DNA of 64,000 bases from Blastocystis sp. subtype 4 (GCF_000743755.1 NW_014569526.1:1-64000); one strand, 5' to 3'; positions 40,001 to 54,762 are shown, counted from the stretch's first letter. Translations and numbers: made by a program. Notes: a model not told the origin generated them from the letters alone.

Positions 40001-41459
40001 ATACAGCAGTCTTATACACACTTAGTGTGGAAATTAGAATAGACTGAAGAAGAGAAGGCAAATCGATCTCAGGATCACTCAATATTCGATCAAGATCATC
40101 TACTCATCACTTCTCTTTCCAACTCAAACTATTCATATCCGCACAAATCACAGCTAAACAGTAAGTAAAACAGGTCGAAAAAGGAACCTGATGTTCAGCT
40201 GTGTCAATCACGATCACATCATCGCGACTACTCAAACATTCCTATTCATCGAATCCTTCCACAATATATACTTCTGCATATTCTCGCAGATGAGTCGTGA
40301 TTTGATGAGCAACTAATATGCTCATATTACTATTCTTCAAAATATCCACTATTTGTGGAATCCAAATATCAACCTTACTTTGAGTTAATGAATGGGCATA
40401 TGCATAATAAAACATGCCCATTAGAATATGATTATCCCCGTACATTTCGAAGAATGCCATGATCGACTCAATTGCGTAATCTGTTTTCAGTTCTTGTGCC
40501 ACAGGTTCTGTTGCTATTAACACACTCATATTAAACACGGCCAATTGAGTGGTATTGGCTATGAGACAACGATCATCATCTGTCAGCGAATTAATCAAGA
40601 AAAAGTTAACATCAAAATCTTGAATGTATTCGGGAGGTCCAGAACGATTGAAGAGTGATCGATTCTCAGAGTATGTCTTACAGCAATTATCAAATACGAA
40701 GAGAAGTGATCTCCATAAGAAGAGAAGGGTATCATTCCCAATGGAATCAACTGAATGTAAGTAGAATTGGAGATGATTTGTACAATGTGTTAAAAGGATG
40801 CTTAGAAGGATTAGAGCAGAGTTAACGATCCCATTACACAAAAGGAGGTCACGACCTCCATAATGCATTAGGATCTGAGCTATTGCGCTGAAAATAGTAC
40901 CATCATCACTCTGATATTCTGCTACAACCTCTACAGGAAGTAGCTTGGCTGTAAGATTGGCAATGAAGAGTTGAAGACAACGTTCCAAAGAATCACCTGA
41001 ATCCACTTGATCCAGTAGATAGGCGCATGCTCCATTGAAGTCATTGTCCAAAAGCAATCGAGTCATCTTCACACCTACACTTACAGTTATTCCATATGAA
41101 TACCTGAAGACACTTCATCATTGCTTCCCACCTCTTCATGTTCCTATGGATTATACACTTCTCATACGTCCACATGAATGAGTTCGACAACAATTTCATC
41201 TCTAGATTTATATCCGTAGCTTAGCAATGATATATTAGGACTCAAAACACCATTATTCAGATACAAACGAATCCCACTCACATTTAATTCCATATTTGCA
41301 TTCTAGAATTTCACCATCATCTTGATCAGATACAATTAGTGCAGGGACGAGAACTTGATTGATAACGTCATTAATTGCTTGATTTCCATCAACTTGTAAC
41401 TCAAATATATCTCCGGTGGGGTCCACACGGAAAGTTGCATTCATAAATGATTGTGTCAT
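37080..41459 (-). CDS. Large uncharacterised helical-repeat (ARM/HEAT-like) protein with acidic linker; multi-exon, possibly more than one gene
   Basis: Consecutive minus-strand exons separated by ~30-nt GT-AG introns; Leu/Ile-rich helices. TGA 37080-37082. Confidence 0.55.
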
Positions 41460-41574
41460 TACGATTCTGATTTGATCAAACTGGTCCAGATAACGCCTGT
41501 ATAGAGACGATAATAACGGTTCTTTTGATCTTTTTGCGGATTCATTTCTCCTATCATTTGTTCTTCCAGAGATC

Positions 41575-43038
41575 ATGAAAGCCAGAAAGATTGCAGATGC
41601 ACAGAAGCACCTTGAAGAGGCTGCAAAGTGGTATGGGATTAGAGACAAAGTGAGTTTCTAGTATGAAAACGAGTTTCTTTAAGCGCAAACCAGATATCAA
41701 TGCAGCTACTATTGAGTACTTTGAAGCTGGTACGTATTTTTGTTGATCTGTGAGTGTTTAGCACAGGCATTCTATGTGGCTGAGGATCTTGAGCACGCTA
41801 TTGAGTACTATGAGAAGAGTGCTGATCTTGATGTAGAAGTAGGAATTGGATGAGGTCAAATTAGTGTTCAGCTCGAAGACGACTTAAGTGCAGGCCAGAA
41901 ACTGGAGAAATGTGCACTCGTAAGCTTTCGATTCAGTATTTATTGATAGTTATCCATTCAGCGTCGTGATGCTAATAGTGAGAAGGACGCTCGTGAGTAT
42001 TATGACCGCTGCTGTCAGCACTATAAGCTTGCGAACAGCATGGATAAAGCTGCTGAATGTCTTGTGAAAGTGGCAAAAGTCGTAGAGAAAACAGATATTA
42101 ACATGACTGCTGGTTATATGTTACGGGCGTGCAATTTACTAGTCGTAGGAACTGATTTTGCTGCCTTAGGAGTCAGAACTTCGATCGCCAGGAATTTGCA
42201 GTAGATACATTTAATAACACACTGAATTTGCTACTTCGAATTGGAAGATTCCAGTCGGCTATTGTACTGCTTCGTCGTATGATTCAAGTGTTCCAGAAGC
42301 TTCAACAAGAACATAATGTGTAGGTTCTTATTGTCTTATTGCTGATGGTAGATTTAAGTGTTATGTGTCGATTGTGATTATCTATTTGGGAATGGATGAT
42401 GTACCTGCTGCACAGCAAGAATTTAACCAGCACCTCCAGTGATTAATGATATAATAGATTCAATACTAGATGTGACACGTATCTAAGAAGTAATGAGATT
42501 GCTCTCGAAGAAGATTTGGTGAAGGCGTGTGAAGATTTCGATGAAGATCGTTTAGAAGAACTAAAACAACACAATCAGTTAAACTTTGTACAGCAACAGG
42601 TTAATCGCATTGGAAAGAATCTTCAGATCTCGAACTGTGTTCCATGGTATTGTACTGAGAATGAGGATCTGATTCGTCAAGCCAAAGGTGATGAATCTGT
42701 TCCTGTGTAGGAGTTAGAAGGACGTCTGAAGTCTAGGGATTTGGCTCCTGGGAAACCAGTAGCAGCAGCGCAGGCAGCAAAAGTGAAGCCTGTGAAGAAG
42801 CCTGTGAAGAAGGAGACTCCAACACCGAAGGAGACTCCAATTGTACCTGAGAAGGTGTCTATTCCTGAGAAGGAGTCTCCCAAGCCAGTAGAGACGGTGA
42901 AGGAAGTAGCACCAGTTGAGTCAACAACACCCAAATCACGTCTTGAGGAATTGGAACAACAAGTAGGAATAATATTGAGTGTTTGATGTACTATAGGCAG
43001 CTGCTGGTGATGATGATGATGAGTTTAACCTTTGTTGA
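41575..43038 (+). CDS. NAPG: gamma-SNAP; multi-exon
   Basis: Spliced MKARKIADAQKHLEEAAKC-MKTSFFKRKPDINAA..., TPR-like helices, acidic C-terminus DDDDEFNLC. Confidence 0.85.
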
Positions 43039-43044
43039 TCCATG

Positions 43045-43059
43045 TGTTTATATCAAACA
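43045..43059. terminator. Bidirectional 3'-end motif TGTTTATATCAAACA
   Basis: Between convergent gamma-SNAP and MYST genes. Confidence 0.65.
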
Positions 43060-43063
43060 ATTG

Positions 43064-44688
<1,625 letters not shown>

Positions 44689-44931
44689 TATTCCAGTTCC
44701 GCAACCCTAAGAATAAATCACATCAACTATTGTACACAGTCACCAAACTAACTCAAATTCAAATACCGCTAGTTAGTGTTATTCGTGTTGTTGGCGCAAA
44801 TAGGGCTATGTCGCACTTATGTTGGTTACACGTTATCTCTTAGGTTATTTCGTTTTGTAAGGCATAGAACACTTTATCATTCTGTTTCTAACAAACAACA
44901 AGAATTTCAGGAAAATGAGTATGATACAAGT

Positions 44932-46068
44932 CTACATATGTGGAATCCGATCAATAATCTCCAGTTTTACCTTCCTCAAATCAACGGGATGAATTTGGAC
45001 AAATACTCCACTGATATCATCCACATATGTATGATTCGTTTCCTGGTACATGCTACGATAGCAGTTCGACATTAACCTTTTCAAACCAACTTTTGGAGAT
45101 TTTTCTGAAAGAATCACTTGAAAACACTTGGACATGCCAAAACATGTCGTCAAACCATCAGAACCGATGAGTAATCCAACAGTATCATCACCCAGATCTC
45201 GCTCATAGAGATCAGGCTCACTAATCACACCATAGCGATGAAGTACTGTATCACCCACACTTCGACTCATCGCCAAACCACCTAGATTTCCGTCCTCTCC
45301 AAATACACGGGAAATAGACTGATAACTGTTAAATGCTCGTGTACTTCGGATCCGACCTCCATTCTGTTCAATCCGTTTCTTCTCGACATCATGATCTGGA
45401 CAATGAATCTTGGTGATATTTTCAGCAATTAATTGGTTTTCCGTTCGCAATGCAATAAATAATCTAGATTCTTAGAACCAAATTCCATTACCACCTCGAA
45501 TCACCAATATTGATTGCATACAGTTTGTGACCACGAAGAATACAAACAATCACTGTTGTACCACTTCCTGAACAGACATCTGTCAAAGCTACAATGAAAG
45601 AGAATGGGAATTCACACTCTTCACTAACTCTTCCTCTGCCTTTTTGATAGCAAAATGCATAGACGATAAGGGGTCCACTTGGAAGATATCAACCTGGAGA
45701 AGATACTTCAGGAACTTATCTCTTATAAACTACGTCTTAGCAGAACATTATCTCCATACTTGAGAAACCAAATGACCTTTCCTTCCATGACCATCAAAGA
45801 CACCTATGATTAGGGACTTTGTATTTTTGTCATAGTGGACTAATACTCTATCTTGATTTGGTTTATTCATCTTATTGTACCTACAAATCAGTCTTTTCCA
45901 TCAGAAAGACCCCGAAAATGATGCGGCAAAACATGTAATACTCAGACCCCCAACTGGTAAGGACAAAGGCTCCTTTCCATTTCCATCCACATTCGAAAGA
46001 ACTGCAGATCGATCATCGCAACAGCTCCAGTAGCTTGAACCACGACATGTGGTCAAGACCGATCCCAT
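44932..46068 (-). CDS. PP2C/PPM protein phosphatase with probable N-myristoylation; multi-exon
   Basis: MGSVLTTC start, NQDR, GVFDGHG, SGTT, GLAMSRSVGD, IGSDGL, DDIS. Confidence 0.9.
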
Positions 46069-46157
46069 CAAAGTGAAAATAAGGAACGACCAAATTGCCG
46101 TTTTTGTTCTATTCTTCTTAACAAATGGTAAATACAATAATTCAACAAACAAAACTC

Positions 46158-47961
46158 TTACCCAAAAATTATTGCGATTTTCCTTTCAAAACTCTTCTTG
46201 GATAGATAAAACGATAATAGAAAGGACGATACATTGCAAACCAGCCCTTCATAAAAAGATTGTCTTCAAACGTGCTTGTTCGTTCTTCCCAGATACCAAG
46301 TTTCTATAGTTCAATTCCATGTTATCATCAACATACCCTCCGTACAGCATATAACTCACTATTCCCCAATTCACGCATGTATTTTCGTGTGTCTTTGTTA
46401 ACATCGATATTCCTGACATTCATTCCAACTCACTTCACTTACACATCCCGATCAATAGAACAATAACCCATTCGAACCAAGTACTGTGGCAGACTATGAT
46501 ATATGGATCGCGAAAACACATTCGAGCCAAATCCTTTGATCTTCAGATCTCCATATAACATCGAGTCACTCAATGTGGAATTCACATCTGAAGGACTAGA
46601 AATAATGTGGTTCAGATACCTCTCACTAGTATAATACATGGACTTTAAGCGCTGATTGATTAGTCATTGCGAGGAGAGTATCGATTTGCTTCTACTGATC
46701 AGACTCTCAGAAATAATCATACAGTCACTTCTGGAGACATATTCAGAGCTAACATGCTGAAAGGAAGAGCCGAAGAGATATCTCCTAGAGATGCAGTAGT
46801 CACAGCTGACCGTGATAAGTACCGAGGAAATGGAATCTGACGCCTATTCATCATTCTTGTTACATATCCTCACAGCTGCATCACACCAGATTCCATATTC
46901 ATTGACAGCTTTGCAGCATGAAACCAACAAGGTGACTTCAATACATGGTGAAGATTTTCAATGCTACGGAACGAATAGAAGCTCTTCCGCTTAGCGATTA
47001 ACAAGACGATAGCTATGTGTGAATTTCTGCATTCTACATACCTCCTGCTCCCACACCACACAATATCACTTGAGCCATAATATCTGATTCCTTCATTGTC
47101 GTCCAGAGGCGTCTCGATATAGACTTCGTTGATTTCCAAACATTGGAGGCCTGCCTATGAATCCAAGAAGGTTTCTCTAGGTTTTCCACATCATCAGATT
47201 TCTTTCCATCAGAAGGTACTGGAGAGGAAAGTATATAAGGGTCTTTCTGGGGTTGAGGGAGATCCTTTGGAACGGCAACATCTGGTTCTACAATCTTCTT
47301 GATCTCCTTTATTTCCTCCTCAACACTTTCTTCTTCGTCCTCTTGAATCGACTCTACCGTTTTGGGCGCTCTGATAGGAAAGGATGCTAATTCAGGCTTC
47401 TTCATCTCCTCAATTGTTTTCAATTTAGGCTCTCGCTTCAATACTTCACGAAGGTGTGTAACTTCCGTTGCCATCCCATTCTCTGGTACTGCCGATTTTT
47501 CAATTTCCTTATTCAATTTCTGCTGCTGTCGTTGATTCCGAATCTCCACTATCTTGTCAAAATAGAGACGAGCCTTTGACATAATACCACTTCCTGTGGA
47601 CTTTAACACTTCTGTATCGATCTTGATAGACTTGTCCACAGGCTTGTTTCGTTCGGGGAAAGCATCACGACTGGTTTCTGTTCGTAGGAGTTCTTCAGGA
47701 GGGAGATTAAGCTTACTGAAATCTTCATGGCGAATCTGATTCTCTTCTTCCACCAAAGGGGTCAACACCTCATCATAGCGTCGATCATCGCTGTCTAATG
47801 CTCCACCCTGTAGATAGTCACTGCATCCCTCACTATCCCTCAACTATCCATCTATTTCATTACATGTCTCTTTTGTACTCTGCGCTAAACTCTGGAACAA
47901 TATCTTTATCTTCCTCTTCTAGGCTCTCCGAATTCTCATCTTGTGGTCTTTTGTCCTCCAT
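46158..47961 (-). CDS. Membrane-anchored protein with charged N-terminus and degenerate staphylococcal-nuclease (LCL3/C3orf33-like) C-terminus
   Basis: TM segment IMAQVILCGVGAGAIVLLIA; C-terminal LPQYLVRMGYC...KYMRELGNSELYAVRRKLGIWE fits the SNase terminal helix. TAA 46158-46160. Confidence 0.5.
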
Positions 47962-48229
47962 TGTAAATCTAACTAACGATTTTATAATTATGTGTTTGGT
48001 GAGTTGGGACACTTGAGCAGATTTGGATGAAATAACAACTCTCTCTAGGCTGAAAGCACTCTGGCGAGAAAAGGGACTGCTTCGTGATTTGATCAATGAA
48101 ATGTGAAGCGAAAATCCAATTTCTCTCGCCAATTCACTCTGTCAAACGTCAGCTGTCAAATTGACAACCTTCGCTTCTCAACTGGGATCAGGACGCCATA
48201 TTATTTCTCAAAAGGATTCCAAAGGGATA

Positions 48230-51200
48230 ATGAAACGATATTCGTTGATACTTGCTGTTATAGTCCAACTGGCCCTTGCGCAGTTGACAAGTATGTGATA
48301 AATCCATAATCTAACTTGTTAGGTTGTGACTTTGAGGGAGCAATTTGTGTAAACAGTGATGGCGTGGAGGTCACTGGAAGCTGTACAAAATATTATGCTC
48401 TTTGCACAGAACAGCACATTCAAACGGCCCCGATCGAAGTGAACAATCCTGAAACAACAAGTTGTCGTGACGGCATCATCGTTGCTGCTACTAATTGCGT
48501 TGCTCCTACAACTTGTACGGTCCTCGGAATCCACTGCACAGATGCTCAGGGAACCGAAGTTGCAAATTCTTGTACTTCCTATTTCCGTGAATGTGAGAAC
48601 GGCGTTCTGACAGAAGTGATGCCTGTTGCACGCGGATCGAAGTGTCTTAACAACGCAATTGTTCTCAATTCTGCTTGTTCTTCCGATTGTACTTTTACTG
48701 GAATTCAGTGCACTAACGGAGCTGGTGAGTTTGTCAACACTTACTGCACGGGTTATTTCGTGGAGTGCAATGATGGAGCTATCAGCGAGCCTCAGGAGGT
48801 TCCTGAAGGTACTTCTTGCTACATGAACAATCTTGTGATTACTGGAACCTGCCCTAACCCTTCCTGCTCTTTCACGGGAATTCGCTGTTCTGATGCTTCG
48901 GGTGTCATTATCAACAATGCTTGCACTACACACTTTGTGGAGTGTGACGATGGAGTGGTCACCAAAGCTATGCCTGTAGCTGACGGAACCAAGTGTTACA
49001 ACAGCGAGATTGTTCTGAATGAGGTCTGTACAGGAGCTACCTGCACTGGTGCTGGAATCGTTTGTACAGATGTCTCTGGAGTCATTCAGACGGATGTATG
49101 CACTGGCTATTACAGACAGTGTGTGAATGGTGTGTATGGAGTGATTGAAGATGTCCCTGCTGGTTCCATGTGTAAGAACGGTGAGATCCTTCTTAAGGAC
49201 ACTTGCACTTCTCCTTGTACTGATATTGTAAATGGTGTTCGTACTAAGCGTTGCACTACTTCTTCTGGAATTCCTATTACTGGCACTTGCACCAAGTTCT
49301 ATCAGAGTTGTTACAATAGCACCTTTGACAATCCTGTGGAGAATACAGATCCTGGCATGAGTTGTTACAATGGTGAACTGATTGCTGCTAGTCAGTGTAC
49401 TTCTGCTAACTATGAATGTGATTTCACGGGAATTCGTTGTTCTACTGCTGATGGAGTTCTGACTACCAATACTTGTACTGAGTACTATGTCCAGTGTGAG
49501 TTTGGTTCTTACACTGCTCCTCGTAAGACTGCAAACGGTACTCGTTGTTTCAATGATGAGCAAGTGGCTGCTACTTCATGTACTGCAACTTGTGACTATG
49601 AAGGAATCAGATGTGCTGATCTTTCTGGCAATGTGATTACTAATTCGTGTACTTCATATTTCGTGGAATGTGATAATGGTCTCCAGATTAAGCCTATGCC
49701 TGTGGCTGAAGGAACTAAATGTCTCAACGGTGAAATTGTTCATAACTCCAATTGCACTGCTTCAGTTTGTACTCAGGGTGATCTGGTGTGTTCGGATGCT
49801 TCTGGTATTGTTGACAATACCACTTGTACTGACTATTTCATGCAATGTTTCAGTGGTCTTTTCATTGAGCCTCAACCTGTTGCCTATGGTACCAAGTGTC
49901 TCCAGGGAAAGATTGTTCTAGCTTCGGCTTGTACAGGAGCTGCTTGTGACTTTGAGGGAATCAGGTGTAGTGATGCTAATGGAGTAATCTATGAGAATAT
50001 GTGTCAATCTTATTTCGTTCAGTGTAATGATGGTAGTTTCACTGCTCCTATGGCTGTAGCAAATGGAACTCGTTGTTACAATGGAAATCTGGTGAATACT
50101 GCTGAATGCAGCTATCAGAACTGTGACTTTGAGGGAATCAAGTGTACCGATGCTAATGGTGTGGTTTATACCAACACATGTACCAGTTACTTCGTGGAGT
50201 GTGGTGAAAGCGGTACTTCTCAACCCATGCCTGTGGCTGATGGTACTCGTTGCTATGGTGGTACGATTGTTTCTGCTTCTTACTGTTCTTCTGCTGAATG
50301 TAATTATGAGGGAATCAAGTGTGCTGATGCTAATGGTAATGTGTACACTGATACTTGCACCAGCTACTATGTGGAGTGTGATAATGGCTCTGTGACTGCT
50401 CCTCGTCCTGTCGCTAATGGAACTCGTTGTCGTAACGGTGAACAGGTGAATGCTAATTCTTGCAGTGGTGCTCAGTGTGACTTTGAGGGCATTCGTTGTA
50501 CGGATGCTAACAACGTTTATTACCCTGATACCTGTACGAATTACTACACACAGTGTGATAACGGTTATTTGATGACTCCTCGTGAGGTTCCTGCTGGTAC
50601 TCGTTGTCTGAGAAACGAACTGGTGTTGTCTTCGGTGTGTTCTGGAGTGACTTGTGATTATGAGGGTATTCGTTGTACTGATTCCTATGGAACTGTCCAG
50701 ACTGATACTTGCACCAGCTACTATGTGGAATGTGATAATGGTTCTGTGACTGCTCCTATGCCTGTGGCTGACGGAACCCGTTGCCGTAACAGTGAGATTA
50801 TTCTCTCTGCCAACTGTACTGGAACGCAGTGTAGCTTCACCGGTATTCAGTGTACCGATTCTGAAGGAGCTGCTCGTGATTCTTCTTGTACTAGTTACTA
50901 CGTTGAATGTGATGATGGATACATTAGTGCCCCTCGATCTGTGGCTGATGGTACTCGTTGTCTGAGAGGTGAGATTGTGAATACGAATCAGTGTCAGGGT
51001 ACACATTGTATCGATGATACAATTGTGTGTGTGGATGCTGAAGGAACTCAACACACGGATGTCTGTACTAACTACTATGCTGAGTGTGATCATGGTTACT
51101 ACACTGCTCCTCGTAAGGTTGCTAATGGAACTCGTTGTCGTAACGGAGAACAAGTGTTGGCTGGTGATTGTCCCGGAGTAGAGTGCACTACGACTGCTAT

Positions 51201-52479
51201 TCGTTGCAGTGATTCCGGTGGTGTAGCATATGATGATGTGTGTACTAGCTTCTTCATGAAGTGTGATAATGGAAAGTACACTTCTCCCATGCCTGTAGCT
51301 CCTGGTACTTACTGTCTGAACGGCGAATTGGTTCTTCCTTTCAACTGCACTGGAACGAATTGTGATTTCACTGGTATTCAGTGTACAGATGCTGCTGGAA
51401 CTTACATGGATACTACGTGCACGAACTACTTCGTGGAGTGTAACAATGGTCATGTCACGAATCCCATGGTGGTTCCTAATGGAGCGATGTGTCTTGCCGG
51501 AAGCATTGTTCTGTCATCTTCTTGCCCTGGTGCTCAGTGTTCCTACACTGGATACAGATGTGTGACTGCTGATGGTACTGTGGCTACCAATACTTGCACG
51601 AGTTACTTTGTGGAGTGTGTGGATGGAACACAGTCAAGACCTCAGGCTGTGGCTGCTGGTACTCGTTGCTATAACAATGAGTTTGTCTTGGAGAGCTTCT
51701 GCACATCGCCTCAGTGTTCGTTCACTGGTGTTCGTTGCACGGACTCCAGAGGAGTGGCTGTGACGGGTACTTGCTCTGACTACTATGTGAGCTGTGAGAA
51801 TGGTGTCCAGGTTGGACCTACTCATGTGTCATCTGATCAGAAATGTTTGAATGACGCTTTGGTCTCCTCTACAACTTGTACCCCTAAGGAATGCGATTTC
51901 ACTGGATTCATCTGCTCGACTTCAGATGGTACATTGGCTGCTGATACTTGCACAAGCTACTTCGTGGAGTGTGTTGATTACAAGTACTCTTCACCTATTG
52001 CCGTTGCTTCTGGTTCTCGCTGCTACAACCAGCAGATTGTCTCCGCTGAGGCTGCTCAGTGTGGTTCCTCTACTTCTTGCGACTTTGATGGTATTCTGTG
52101 TGCTGACAGCAATGGCAAGATCATTGCTAATCGATGCTCCAACTACTATGTGATGTGCTCTAATGGAGCCTACACTAAGCCTCGTCTGACTGCTGATGGA
52201 ACGAAGTGCTTCAACAATGAACAGGTCATCACCTCTGTATGTGATGGTATTGAGTGTTCTTTCTCGGGTATCATTTGTGTTGATAATGTTGGCAGTTTCG
52301 TTATGAATACTTGCACTACCCAGTATGCAGAGTGTGAAAACAACTCTCAGGTCATCAAGGATGTTGCTACCGGAAAGGCATGCTACAATTCACAGATTAT
52401 CTCAGACACAGATTCGACTTGCAGAGTTACGGTGGAGGTCCAGGAGAATAAGATGAAGGGAATTCGTGGACGAAAGTAA
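48230..52479 (+). CDS. Secreted ~1,400-aa protein of 23 tandem six-Cys ~60-aa repeats (CBM14/peritrophin-like)
   Basis: Signal-peptide exon MKRYSLILAVIVQLALA (ATG 48230), intron 48291-48322. Unit CDFEGIRC-x11-CTSYFVECDNG-x4-PMPVADGTRC-x2-GEIV-x4-C. TGTTTGTT 52490-52497. Confidence 0.85.
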
Positions 52480-52521
52480 TTCAGTTGAGTGTTTGTTAGA
52501 CAAATCATCATTTATAAATCC

Positions 52522-53698
52522 ATGGAAACCAATGCTGGAATCTTAGCTCTCATTGATAAAATGGTGAATGAAGCTACATCATCTGATGTAGAAACATTCT
52601 TCGTGTCAACGCGATTAAGGAATGATATTATTGTGATATTTAAAGGACTGAATCATATTTAGGAGCAGGTAAAAGAGCGAAAACTGAGTGTTATGTACTA
52701 TAATAAGCTGTTGCAAAAGATGAAAGCAAAGAGCGCCGTTGTATGATTCAATAGTAAGGAATAATTTGGTAGACGCGTGACTTAGCTTTTCAAATCTTGA
52801 TTCCAATCCTAATGCATTCTCCCAAAGTGCGTCATTTATTTGTTGGTGATTTGCATGCATGCTCTAGATCATTTTCTGATTTCTAGGAGGTGACAGATTT
52901 GGTTTTTGGAGTTCGTAGTGAGTTACAAGGTCCGGAAGCCTCTATAGTTGATCTAAAAACGCGATATATGGAAGTGATTGAAATATTGTAGGTTTTATCA
53001 ACAAGAATCTGAATTGCAGAGCAAACAAATATGGCCATATATATCCCCATTTTGGAATATGTCACTTGTATATTAAAGATCAGATCCGAAAGGAACGAAG
53101 GAGCGAAAAACGTATGCACGGAAAGGAAACTAGTCCTCCTCCACCCAAGAAGAAACGATCTATGGAAGTCCTTCATGAAGTGGTCAATGAGATTATTTGG
53201 GCACTTCTCAAGGAGATTGAGATTCTGGATACGGATATGGATGTTGTTGTTGAAATGGATGATCCATCAGCTCCTGGAATGATGTGTAATAGTGAGTAGT
53301 TAGCTAAGACGTAGCACTCGATGACATTCTTGATGGAGTTTGGACCGAGCTTCCACCACCACCGTCACAATCAGTGCTTGAAAAACGAAGGAAACATGAA
53401 GAAGCGATGCACAAGGTGTATCTGGAGATGGAGCGGAATTATAATACATTATGTAACGAGTATGGATTCTGAATGGTGTTTTACATAGGTTGATCCCTAC
53501 CCTGGAAAGGAACCAAAGTCTGTTGCTTTCACGAGGAACAGCCAAGTAGAACTTCACCACGCGATCATATCTAGAGCCCATTCAAATCTTGATAAAGTGG
53601 ATGATCTATTAGATCGGTGTCGAATCACAATGAGACGCTGTAAACGTATCATCTACCGTTTTCATGAGCGATATGGACGAAAAGAAGAATGGCTATGA
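52522..53698 (+). CDS. UVSSA-like protein (N-terminal VHS-like domain); multi-exon
   Basis: Spliced LIDKMVNEATSS...TRDLAFQILIPILMHSPKVRHLF...LVFGVRSELQGP...YGHIYPHFGICHLYIK parallels the UVSSA N-terminus. TGA 53696-53698. Confidence 0.55.
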
Positions 53699-53702
53699 AG
53701 AT

Positions 53703-53718
53703 TGTTTCTTCAAAAACA
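53703..53718. terminator. Degenerate bidirectional 3'-end motif TGTTTCTTCAAAAACA
   Basis: Between convergent UVSSA-like and NUXM-like genes. Confidence 0.5.
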
Positions 53719-53768
53719 AGAAAAGATACTAAATACTGTTGCATTGCATATCGACGTCACAAAGGGAT

Positions 53769-54048
53769 TTATTCTCCTAGAGCTCTCTTCCTAGCATTAA
53801 CGAGGGCCATTGAATAACCTCCAGCCAGACCGAGTAAACCTGTAGTATACATCGTTGCTCTCTGAATAAATCTTCCATTTCCTCTGCCTAGAAATGAGGA
53901 TGAATCAAATCAATAGAGTACCGAAATACCATCCTAACGGAAGAGAGATGAGAGTCACAGCAGCCATAATGCCATAATCCTTTAGTGAGATGAAACGATG
54001 GATGGCAACTCGCTGAGGAAGAGCGTTTTGGGGAGCTTCGTACTGCAT
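53769..54048 (-). CDS. Complex I accessory subunit, NUXM/21-kDa family (tentative); two exons
   Basis: FISLKDYGIMAAVTLISLPLGWYFG...TMYTTGLLGLAGGYSMALVNARKRALGE: two TM helices with the family spacing. Confidence 0.65.
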
Positions 54049-54762
54049 AATTCCAAAGAAAACTGGACGAGAATCAGAGAAAAGAATTGGCAAAAAAGGG
54101 ACTGATTTTCGAACTCAACAAACAGAGCATTATTCATCTTTAGTAAACTACTGTTTTCTATTAGCGAGCTAGTGATCTCATTTAGAGCTACTAAGGGTAT
54201 ATCATCTTCTTTGAGAGAAACTCGAGCTAGCTACATCTGTTCTTGGTTTAGGCATCTGATTCTTTGTCATTGCAATTGATCCTCTTAAGAAGCAAACACT
54301 GAACTCTTCACACATAGCTATTCAACTAGAAACGATGAGAATTGCCAATGGGAATGATTTGATCAGTTTGAAATGGATTGACACCCGAGACATTTGCAAG
54401 TGGTTCGTTGATTCGTGAACTCTTTGCAGCTGTAAAGAGCATTATAAGAGTATTTGACAGAAATAATAATATTCAAAACCTATGGATCTATTGACTGTAA
54501 CTCTTCATCAGAGTCACAAACTCTTGAAAAAAAACTTCTCCTTTACATAGGAATATGATAGATATGAAAACACTGAGTACTAAGACGAACTAGGGTCCGA
54601 TTACTAACTCTTTCCAAGTACACTCCATTACGCAGGTTTCAACGTAGATTCCAACAATATTTATAGGATTTCTATCCAAATCCATCTTAATTCACATTCG
54701 ATCAACACGGATTGGCGAACCAATTTTTCGTGCATTTTGGGGTCATTGAATAGCTTTTCTTC

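Noticed and set aside
48319..51453. Long antisense ORFs (414 and 511 aa) opposite the Cys-rich gene
   Set aside because: By-product of repetitive, biased codon usage on the sense strand; no motifs.
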